Of a stretch of 35,884 nucleotides of DNA, positions 18,588 through 26,535 are shown one piece after another. A program made the translations under genes and the position numbers. Below the pieces are notes generated by a model, which searched no databases, was not told where the DNA came from, and saw only the letters and a program-made list of their open reading frames with translations. The stretch covers positions 1 to 35,884 of the forward strand of contig DATIET010000269.1 in the NCBI GenBank assembly GCA_035455615.1, in the 5' to 3' direction. The DNA comes from Thermodesulfobacteriota bacterium (GTDB taxonomy: Bacteria; Desulfobacterota_D; UBA1144; Nemesobacterales; UBA2774). The number at the start of each line of letters is the position of its first letter. Position 1 is the stretch's first letter.

Positions 18588-18913
18588 TAAACATCTCCCT
18601 CGGTATGAACGTTATTTTTTCGGGCGGGCCGTATGTTCCCCTTACTATCGGGGACTGCAGGCTGTGCGGTGCAGACAAAAAGAGGTATCCCTGACACTCC
18701 TATAGCCTCTATCGAGTTTACTGGCTCCTAAAATAGTATCCTATGTCTTCCGGCAGTCAATGATTATTCGCAGGGGCCCGGCGGCGGTCAACCCGTCCGG
18801 ACGCTCCGCTGGTTCCGATAATCGAATAATCGTTTATAAGGCCTTCTAAATCGAGTATTATTTCTTCGCAGGGGGAGAATCAGGGGGCAAAGCTAGAGAG
18901 AGGAGCGATAAAG

Positions 18914-19345
18914 ATGTCCTACGAAAGGGATGATCGGGATTTACTGACGATGTTCAAAGACGGCATAAACAAGGGCCTCAGGGTGATTAATATAAGATCG
19001 AAAGAGGCATACGACACGCTTAAGATCAAAAATACAATCAGGCAGCTCGAGCGCAGGAGGAGGGACGCTGTCTACGATATGGGCGCCTCGGTCTACAGGA
19101 CCTTCACGCACACTGGGAAAATCGTCGAGGATACCGTGGCCGCCAGGTGTGCGGATATAGATAGAATAGAATCCGAGATCGAGGGGTGGCGGGAGGATCT
19201 GAATCTCGTCCATCTGAACGCCCGGAAGGCCCTCGGGAGCGTCAAGGCCCTCGCCAGGCCCAGGGTTGCCGCGTTCTGCGACTGCGGGGCCGAGATAGAG
19301 GAGGGGGCCAGGTTTTGCGGTCAATGCTACAAGGAACTCAATTGA
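18914..19345 (+). CDS. Zinc-ribbon domain protein with coiled-coil N-terminal region
   Basis: 143 aa. GAGGAG 8 nt upstream. C-terminal CDCGAEIEEGARFCGQC (CxC..CxxC) zinc ribbon. Confidence 0.7.
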   Translation: MSYERDDRDLLTMFKDGINKGLRVINIRSKEAYDTLKIKNTIRQLERRRRDAVYDMGASVYRTFTHTGKIVEDTVAARCADIDRIESEIEGWREDLNLVHLNARKALGSVKALARPRVAAFCDCGAEIEEGARFCGQCYKELN

Positions 19346-19492
19346 CACGCCGGGGGTGCGCGTCATGTCTCGATACATCGCGGATTGGACCTGGCCTCCG
19401 GGTACATGTGAGGCAGGGATATAACCCATCAGCCGCGGAGGTTTTCTTAGTTTGTCTTTACTGTCTAAGGCGCAAACATTATTGAAATTATA

Positions 19493-19521
19493 TTGACATT
19501 AAACCGATTACGATATAGAGT
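19493..19521 (+). promoter_or_regulatory. Putative sigma70-type promoter for the riboswitch-led transcript
   Basis: Perfect TTGACA at 19493..19498. TAGAGT follows after a 17-nt spacer (or TATAGA after 15 nt), about 30 nt upstream of the aptamer. Confidence 0.45.
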
Positions 19522-19549
19522 TTGAAAAGATGGGGTCATAAATTTCCAT

Positions 19550-19650
19550 GACCGAAAAGGCAAACCATTCGAAAGGGTGGGACGCAAAGCCACAGGCCTG
19601 AATGCTCCGGGTATGAGCATGATGGCGGCTGGGCCGCCGAAGTCGGGATA
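19550..19650 (+). promoter_or_regulatory. c-di-GMP-I (GEMM-I) riboswitch aptamer
   Basis: 19559..19591 reads GGCAAACCATTCGAAAGGGTGGGACGCAAAGCC. As I recall it, the Vibrio cholerae Vc2 aptamer has GGCAAACCAUUCGAAAGAGUGGGACGCAAAGCC. The single difference turns a U-A pair into a U-G wobble in the GAAA-capped stem. A second stem-loop (ATGCTC-CGGGTAT-GAGCAT) follows. P1 closure is CCGA (19552..19555) with TCGG (19643..19646). Confidence 0.88.
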
Positions 19651-19828
19651 TGCCTTAGTTCTTACTCCTTAACTGTACGTCTAGCTTCAGGCCTAACCTG
19701 CTTATACGGCGTTGCGTAGTCCGTAAATCCTCACCGGGAATGTTTGCCGATATGCCGAAAACGGCTGTATGTCCGGCTCGAAATTCAGGACGCACCGTTT
19801 CCGGGTGGTCGTAAGAGGATAAAGGGAT

Positions 19829-22800
19829 ATGTCGGGCGTAACTGTTTCCGGGTCAGGAAGGGTAAGGGTATCGGCGCGGCTCATAGGCAATGACTGCGAA
19901 TTCTCCTGCGTCGTGCTGGACGGAGCGAAAGGGAGCGGCGGAATCCCGCGCGCAATCCTCGACCAGCTCCGCGACTGTCTCCTCCGAACGGGCATACGTC
20001 TAGACCTCCTCTCCGATTTCACCTTTTTAAACGGACATTACATCGAGCGTTTCGAAGAGCTTGCCGGGGAATGCGTGCTCGGCGTGCTGATACTGGACGG
20101 GCTCGGGCCCGAAGAGCTGTACGAGCTCGGGTATCTGAGGGGCCGCGGAAAATTCATACTCACGTTCGGGAATAAAAATACCGCGGACGCAGATGGGACT
20201 GTTACAAACCTGAGCAGTGCCGCTGGAGAAAAGCCTACCGGCTTCGCTGCATATTCCGGGAAAGAGCAGGATCACGACGATGCGCGCTATTACTGTGACA
20301 AATTCATCAGCCGTCATATGTCTGACATCGCCGGCTCAGGGCCGGACGGGGAAGCCGGTCCGGGCGATCGGCCGGAAACGAGAATCGTGAACGATCTGAG
20401 CCGTGCGCTCCCGGGCGTTATCGACAGGTACGTATCGGATTCGCTCGGGGATGCCGGAAGCGGGGTGGAGGCGGAGAGCCTGCGCGGTTTGGCGCTCAGG
20501 ATATCCGGGTACTTCGCGTCGAGGAGCGGATTCGGAATGTTCGATCTCGACGATATCTACGAAGGGCTTGTATCATGGGAATCCCGGACGGGGCGGAGCG
20601 CCCCTTCGCGCGTGCTCCGCTGTCTCGCTTCACTATACACGGGTCTCGACTCTCCCGGGGCGGGTGAGGACGCCGGGCGCGAGTGCCGGATGAAACTCGT
20701 CTCCATATACGAAAAGATACTCGAGCGGGAAAAACCGGGGCTTCTCGCGGGAGTCACCGCAAAGAGGCTCGCCGACCTGCTCGTCACCCGTCCGTTCGCG
20801 GAAGATGCGGCCGGAGATATCGAGCGAGCGGCCGGGTTATACAAAGAAATCCTGGGTTTTTTTACAAAGGACAAATACCCCCGCGAGTCCGCGTCCGTCC
20901 GCAATAACCTCGGAGCCGCGTTAAACGCGCTTTGCCTCAAGACCGGAGAGCCCGCTTACGCGAGGCAGGCGGTGGAATCCATCGCGGAGTCCCTGTCGTC
21001 TGAAATTTTCAAAAATTCCCCGTACGACCGTGCGCTCTCGTACCGGAACCTCGGCTCCGCATACGCGAGCCTCGCCGTTCACGAAAACCCCCGCGAGAAC
21101 TATCTGAAGGCCGCCGAAGCGCTCGGCATCGCGCTCGACATTTACAAATCATGCGAGCGGCATGACGATATCGCCGAGACGTGCGGAGCCCTCGGGGACG
21201 TATATACGCGGCTAGCCGGGGAGAGCGGCGAGACGCCCTGTTATACGCAGGCATTGAGCTCTTACGAGGAAGCCCTTCGCATATATACGGCCGATAATTT
21301 CCCAGGCGAATACGCGGACTTAATGACTAGGCTCGGCGACGCGCGCGCCTCGCTCGCGCTTAAGCTGGGCGACCCTCATGACTACGAGGAGGCCCTTAAG
21401 GCCTACGGGGAATCGCTCGGCGTTTATACCCGCGAAGGGGCGGCCGCCGAGGCCGACACGCTCAACGTCAGGATAGGCCGTGTCTACAAGGCACTCGGCG
21501 ACAGGGAGGCCGATTCGAATAACACGGACAAGGCGATCGAATATTATGACGAGGCATTACTTTATTACCCTGAAGAAACGGCCCGCGGGGAGCACGCCGC
21601 CTCCGGCAGGAAGCTCGGCGAGGCATTTGAAAGGCTGTATAGAGAGAGCGGGGACGAAACCCATATAAGGAAGGCCATAGCCGCGTATTCGGAAGCGCTC
21701 TACGCCTCGGGTGTCGCCGGCGATCCCGGCACCCGTGATATCGAGCTCGCTCTCCGGGCCCTGTATACGGGGCTTGCGGATCATCTGGAGAGGTCGGGCG
21801 ATCACGAGGGAGCGGCCGAATGCTGCAAGGGGCTTCTCGGTCTCTTAGACCCTCTCGATTACCCGATGGAATACGCGGAAGCCCAGAGGAGGCTGGGCGG
21901 TCTCCTTGCCGGCATACCGAAGCAGTACGAAAGGGCGCTTAATATCGAGCTCGCAATAGATTCGTACAAGGAGGCGCTCGGCTTCTACGTGGAGGAATCC
22001 CATGCGGATGTGAGGAATGAGCTCCGCGGCCTCGTCGGAGGGCTGTTGACGGAGCTCGCCGATTACGAGCCGCGGGACTTGAATAAGAGAATAGGTCTTT
22101 ATCAGGAAGCGCTCGAATATTATCCGTCAGGCCCGTTCCCGTACGAGCACGCCCTTATACAGAAGGCGCTCGGCGGGGCGCATTCCGAATTGAGCTTTGC
22201 GGAAGAGCCTCATCAGAACGCATGCAAGGCTGTGGATTATTATAATAAGGCGCTCGAGTATCTGAGCCTCCGGGAGCACCGCCGGGAATTCGCTTCGGCG
22301 CATTATGATCTGGGTGCGCTCTATGCGCGTCTTTACGATATTTCAGGTGACAGGGAGTTCCTCGGCCGCTCTGTCTCCGCCTACGAGAAGTCGACAGCGG
22401 GTTACACGCCTGAAGAATCGCCTGATGAATACGAGGCGGCCCTGAAAGGGCTCGAAGTGGTGCGGGGTTTGATCTCGGAGACGGAAAGGGCCATGGCCTC
22501 CGGTGACGAGGCCCCGGTCGTGGACGGCCCGGAGGAAGACGAAAAACCGAAAGAGAGGCCCGTGCTCAAGCTCGTCTCGGAAGACGCGCATGAAAGGGAG
22601 GAAGGGTCTGCTCCGGGGTCAGGAGATGAAGACAACGAGATAATAACGCTCGCCCGCGAAGTCGAATTCGACGACCCGGAAGAGGCGGCGGAGTATTTCG
22701 AGGAGAGTCTCAGGCGAATATCGAAAGAGGAATTCCCCGCCGAGTACGCCTCTCTTAAGCTCGGCCTAGGCAGGGTGTACGGGGAGCTCGGGGAAGCTGC

Positions 22801-24370
22801 CGGGGGCGCGAATGACTTCAGAAAAGCGCTCAAGGCATACGAGGACTCCCTCGCGTTCTACACCCGGGAAAATTTCCCTGTCGAGTTCGCCGAGGCCACA
22901 AGCGGCTCAGCCTTCTCGTGGATGCAGCTCGCTGACCAAACGGGGGACATCAAGGGCTACGAGCGCGCCGCCGCCTCATACAACGAGGCGCTCCGCGTCG
23001 TCACCAGGGAGTCAGCTCCGCTCGAGTGGGGAGGGATAAAGGAAAATCTCGGTAACATATACCGCACGCTCGCCCAGATGAAGGGGGAAGCCGGGGAATA
23101 CAGGAAGGCTGTCGCGGAATATAACGAAGCGCTCGAAGTCTTCGGCCCCGGGGAGCACCAGCCCGAATACGGGAGGATTCAAAAAAATATCGGCTTCGTA
23201 TACGGCATTCTTGCGGGGGTGGAAGACCGCACGGAGGATTACACCCGGGCGCTCGACGCGCTGACCAAGGCACTCACTGCTTACGGGCAGGAGGACGCGC
23301 CCGCGGAATACGCTGAGATACATAAGTACTTGGGCATCGCGTATGGCAACATCGCGAGGAAGGACGGCGTGCCGGAATATTACGGGAAGGCGGTAGACGC
23401 CTACGCGAAAGCGCTCTCGGTCATTACGTTCGAGACCTCCCCCAAGGATTACGGGCTCATAAAGAGGAACACGGCTTCCGCATTCGACAGCCTCTCCAAA
23501 TTTTCGGACGCCGCCCAGGACATGATATCCGCGGTTCGGTCCTACGAAGAAGCGCTCGGATACTATACGTGCGAGCGCATGCCCGCCGAGTACGCGTCCA
23601 TATTGAGCGGCCTCGGCAACCTGTACCAGCGTCTCGCCGAGAAGGAGGACGCCTCGGGGAACTGCAGGAATGCCGTCAAGTGCTACGAGCGGCTGCTCAA
23701 GGTCTATAACATAAAGGAATACCCGCTCGAATACGCCGCCACCGAGAACAACCTCGGGATCATCTACAGGACCCTCGCCGAGCAGGAGGAAAAGGGTAAG
23801 AACTGCAAGAGGGCAGTGAACGCGTACAGGGAGGCGCTCAGGGTATATAACGATAAGGAGCACCCGGTACAGTACGGCTCGACGAAGAACAACCTCGGCA
23901 CCGCTTACATGACTCTTGCCGACGTCGAGGATAAGGAGATCAACTGCAGGATGGCGCGGAGCGCGTTCGAGGAGGCGCTCAAGGTGAGGACCATTCAGAA
24001 CTATCCGATGCAGTTCGCTGCGACCCAGAACAACCTGGGTGTCGTCTACAGGATGCTTTCCGAGGTCGAGGACAGGGCGAAGAATTGCAAGAGGGCAGTA
24101 AATGCATACGAGACCGCGCTCATAATTTATACGATCGACAGGTTCCCGATACAGTACGCGACCACGCAGAACAACATCGGCGGGGCCTATACCACGCTCG
24201 CGGAGGAGGAAGACAGGAGCAAAAACTGCGACAAGGCGTCCGAGGCGTACCAGGAAGCGCTCAAGGTGTTTACGAAAAATTCCTACCCGTCGCAGCACGA
24301 GATTGTGAAAGCCAATCTGGAGCTCCTCTGCGAATTCAGCGGGCAGAAGGCTTCGACTGCTGCTCCGTAA
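19829..24370 (+). CDS. Giant repeat protein: N-terminal TIR-like/nucleoside 2-deoxyribosyltransferase-like domain, then two arrays of 47-aa TPR-like repeats split by an acidic linker
   Basis: 1513 aa. AGAGGATAAAGGG precedes the ATG. The N-domain contains CVLGVLILDGLGPEELYELGYLRGRGKFIL (ELGY-type motif). The repeats follow A..Y.EAL.vYT.E.FP.EYA....NLG..Y..LA. No Walker A, signal peptide or TM segment seen. Confidence 0.85.
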   Translation: MSGVTVSGSGRVRVSARLIGNDCEFSCVVLDGAKGSGGIPRAILDQLRDCLLRTGIRLDLLSDFTFLNGHYIERFEELAGECVLGVLILDGLGPEELYELGYLRGRGKFILTFGNKNTADADGTVTNLSSAAGEKPTGFAAYSGKEQDHDDARYYCDKFISRHMSDIAGSGPDGEAGPGDRPETRIVNDLSRALPGVIDRYVSDSLGDAGSGVEAESLRGLALRISGYFASRSGFGMFDLDDIYEGLVSWESRTGRSAPSRVLRCLASLYTGLDSPGAGEDAGRECRMKLVSIYEKILEREKPGLLAGVTAKRLADLLVTRPFAEDAAGDIERAAGLYKEILGFFTKDKYPRESASVRNNLGAALNALCLKTGEPAYARQAVESIAESLSSEIFKNSPYDRALSYRNLGSAYASLAVHENPRENYLKAAEALGIALDIYKSCERHDDIAETCGALGDVYTRLAGESGETPCYTQALSSYEEALRIYTADNFPGEYADLMTRLGDARASLALKLGDPHDYEEALKAYGESLGVYTREGAAAEADTLNVRIGRVYKALGDREADSNNTDKAIEYYDEALLYYPEETARGEHAASGRKLGEAFERLYRESGDETHIRKAIAAYSEALYASGVAGDPGTRDIELALRALYTGLADHLERSGDHEGAAECCKGLLGLLDPLDYPMEYAEAQRRLGGLLAGIPKQYERALNIELAIDSYKEALGFYVEESHADVRNELRGLVGGLLTELADYEPRDLNKRIGLYQEALEYYPSGPFPYEHALIQKALGGAHSELSFAEEPHQNACKAVDYYNKALEYLSLREHRREFASAHYDLGALYARLYDISGDREFLGRSVSAYEKSTAGYTPEESPDEYEAALKGLEVVRGLISETERAMASGDEAPVVDGPEEDEKPKERPVLKLVSEDAHEREEGSAPGSGDEDNEIITLAREVEFDDPEEAAEYFEESLRRISKEEFPAEYASLKLGLGRVYGELGEAAGGANDFRKALKAYEDSLAFYTRENFPVEFAEATSGSAFSWMQLADQTGDIKGYERAAASYNEALRVVTRESAPLEWGGIKENLGNIYRTLAQMKGEAGEYRKAVAEYNEALEVFGPGEHQPEYGRIQKNIGFVYGILAGVEDRTEDYTRALDALTKALTAYGQEDAPAEYAEIHKYLGIAYGNIARKDGVPEYYGKAVDAYAKALSVITFETSPKDYGLIKRNTASAFDSLSKFSDAAQDMISAVRSYEEALGYYTCERMPAEYASILSGLGNLYQRLAEKEDASGNCRNAVKCYERLLKVYNIKEYPLEYAATENNLGIIYRTLAEQEEKGKNCKRAVNAYREALRVYNDKEHPVQYGSTKNNLGTAYMTLADVEDKEINCRMARSAFEEALKVRTIQNYPMQFAATQNNLGVVYRMLSEVEDRAKNCKRAVNAYETALIIYTIDRFPIQYATTQNNIGGAYTTLAEEEDRSKNCDKASEAYQEALKVFTKNSYPSQHEIVKANLELLCEFSGQKASTAAP

Positions 24371-24433
24371 GAGCCCCCCGAATCCGTAAAGTCTTTTTAC
24401 TTTCCCCGCACGACCGAATATAGTATTAAAATC

Positions 24434-24976
24434 TTGAAGACTCCGCTCTACATTCTATTTTCCGTGACCGTGCTTCTCGCGGGCGAACGGGCTTTCGCCG
24501 TGGGGAAGGAAACGCTCGTCGATATAACGGGCGTCGCCGTCGTGGTGGACGAGGTGTCGCCTGCCGCGAGGGAGGACGGGCTCAGTGAGACCGGAATAAA
24601 GGCATTGGTCGAGGATAAGCTCACCAGGGCCAACATCATGGTGCTCGAAGACCGCGAGTGGTTCATGGTCTTCGGGGGCTCATACCTTCTTATCAAGATC
24701 ATAGCCAGCAAGGCCGTGAGTGGAGACAGGTACGCGGTCTACATCGACATGGAGCTCTATCAGACGGTCGTGCTGATGGGGAAGAGGCTCGGGCAGAATA
24801 TCAACACGGCTGCCGCCACGTGGTCCATAGGGAAGCTCTTTTCCTGCAATTCCACAGCGTTGGAGGACTGTGTAGAGGGTACTGTCGCGGAGCTCACAGG
24901 CCTGTTCATCAAGGATTACATAGAGGTAAACACGCTAAAGTGGAAGCAGGAGCAGGAGAGGCTCCAGAAGAAGTGA
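24434..24976 (+). CDS. Small exported protein of unknown function
   Basis: 180 aa. Apparent TTG start 64 nt after the repeat-protein stop. Signal peptide KTPLYILFSVTVLLAGERAFA-VG. Basic, coiled C-terminus (KWKQEQERLQKK). Confidence 0.55.
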   Translation: MKTPLYILFSVTVLLAGERAFAVGKETLVDITGVAVVVDEVSPAAREDGLSETGIKALVEDKLTRANIMVLEDREWFMVFGGSYLLIKIIASKAVSGDRYAVYIDMELYQTVVLMGKRLGQNINTAAATWSIGKLFSCNSTALEDCVEGTVAELTGLFIKDYIEVNTLKWKQEQERLQKK

Positions 24977-25026
24977 GGAGATGAACACTTCATTTATGGT
25001 AAAAGTGTAAAGTTAAGAAATGGATA

Positions 25027-26355
25027 TTACCGTCCTTCTTCTTTTTCTTCTAAAAACTTGAAGAGCGCCTCGTCTACAGCCTTTTGTATATTCTTTCTTA
25101 TTTTTAATGATTTGATTAAACTCTCTATGTCTATATCAAACTCTTTTTCTATGCTTGTATCCATCTGCTTAACTTTCAGCTTTGCACGTTTTAGCTCGTC
25201 GTCGCCGATTATGATCGTGTACTTCACGCCCAATTTATCGGCACGTTTGAACTGACTCTTTAGGCTCTTGTTGCCATATTCCATCTCGGTTGAGATTCCC
25301 CTATTCCTAAACTCTGAAGCAAGCTGAAAGGAAATTTTCCTTGCCTCTTCCCCCATGTGCGCGATGAAGACCCTCACTTCCTTCCCAAACCCTTCGGGGA
25401 AGGCCATCTGGTGGAGGAGTATGAGCCTCTCCATTCCTACCGCGAATCCGACCGCCGGCGTCCGGGGCCCACCCAGCTCCTCGACGAGCCCGTCGTAACG
25501 GCCCCCGGCGGCGACCGCGTTCTGCGACCCGAGCTCTTCGGTAGTTATCTCGAATACGGTCCTCGTGTAATAGTCGAGTCCCCTTACTATCCCGGGGTTC
25601 AGGACGTAGGGGACGCCCACCGCGTCGAGGCTCTCCTTTACTTCGCCCAGGTGACGGCTGCAGTCGGGGCAGAGGCTGTCTATCATCCTCGGGGCGCGCG
25701 CCGCTGTCTCCCTGCACCCCTTTACCTTGCAGTCGAGTATGCGGAGCGGGTTCGTTTCGAGCCTCCTTTGACAATCTTCACACAGGCGCTCCTTTTCAGG
25801 GGTGAAGAATGCGATGAGCCTTTCCTTGTACTGAGGCCGGCAGTTCTCGTCTCCGAGAGAGCTAAGCTCGAGCTTCAAATATTTCGTTATCCCTATCCTC
25901 TCCAGGAGCCTCCATACCATTGTAATGATCTCTGCGTCGGAGGAGGGCTCTTCGGGCCCCAGGAGCTCGGCCCCTATCTGGTAAAACCCCCTGAAGCGTC
26001 CTTTTTGAGGCCTTTCGTGCCTGAACATCATGCCCGTGTAGTAGAGCTTCGTGACGGGGGATTTGGCCCACATCGAGTTCTCGATATACGCCCTCACCAC
26101 ACCGGCAGTGCCTTCGGGTCGGAGCGTGAGCGACGAGCCGTCCCTGTCGGTAAACGTGTACATCTCCTTCTCCACTATGTCGGTCGTCGAGCCGAGACTC
26201 CGGGCGAATATCTCGGTGAATTCGAGGACCGGCATCCGGAGCTCCGAGTACCCGTGGAGCTCGAAGACGGACTTCGCCTTCTCCTCTATATCGTGCCACC
26301 GCTTGATGTCCTCGGGAAGGATGTCGTGGAACCCTCTTATCGATCTTGCTTCCAT
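25027..26355 (-). CDS. hisS: Histidine--tRNA ligase
   Basis: Class II aaRS HisRS motifs (RGFHDILPED, LRPEGTAGVVRAY, GGGRYDGLV). I place the start at the ATG at 26355 (MEARSIRGF) with AGGAG upstream. The ORF extension to 26511 is Arg/Ser-rich and unlikely to be translated. Confidence 0.92.
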   Translation of the reverse strand: MEARSIRGFHDILPEDIKRWHDIEEKAKSVFELHGYSELRMPVLEFTEIFARSLGSTTDIVEKEMYTFTDRDGSSLTLRPEGTAGVVRAYIENSMWAKSPVTKLYYTGMMFRHERPQKGRFRGFYQIGAELLGPEEPSSDAEIITMVWRLLERIGITKYLKLELSSLGDENCRPQYKERLIAFFTPEKERLCEDCQRRLETNPLRILDCKVKGCRETAARAPRMIDSLCPDCSRHLGEVKESLDAVGVPYVLNPGIVRGLDYYTRTVFEITTEELGSQNAVAAGGRYDGLVEELGGPRTPAVGFAVGMERLILLHQMAFPEGFGKEVRVFIAHMGEEARKISFQLASEFRNRGISTEMEYGNKSLKSQFKRADKLGVKYTIIIGDDELKRAKLKVKQMDTSIEKEFDIDIESLIKSLKIRKNIQKAVDEALFKFLEEKEEGR

Positions 26356-26535
26356 TGCGCTCCTACTAGATTGACTGTATGTATCCCGCGCCGTCCGGGA
26401 CGGCCTAGTTTTACCTGAGATTGTCTCGGCCGCCGGTTTATTATATCCAACACCCGTGGCTATTTCTAATGAGCCCCGGAAACGGGAGGCGGGTCCGCCC
26501 GGATTCGTCAACGGGCGAATATCACCATATAATAA

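Noticed and set aside
19651-19828. Intrinsic terminator or obvious SD-sequestering helix as the riboswitch expression platform
   Set aside because: Only short hairpins are present (for example GCCG-AAAA-CGGC and CACC..GGTG), with no U-tract, and I found no convincing complement to the AGAGGATAAAGGG ribosome-binding region. The mechanism is left open rather than asserted.
23012-24298. 428-aa ORF on the minus strand inside the repeat-protein gene
   Set aside because: It is fully antisense to a gene with strong repeat and motif evidence. The product is Arg/Val/Leu/Gly-rich and low in complexity, typical of stop-free antisense frames in GC-rich repetitive coding DNA.
19829-24370. Reading the giant TPR protein as a STAND/Avs-like NTPase defence sensor
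   Set aside because: I found no Walker A (GxxxxGK[ST]) or Walker B-like motif between the N-domain and the repeats, so the central NTPase module that defines STAND proteins appears to be absent.
25357-26418. 353-aa plus-strand ORF opposite hisS
   Set aside because: It is antisense to a gene with unmistakable HisRS motifs. Its composition (Arg/Pro/Glu/Leu/Val-rich) is typical of shadow ORFs.
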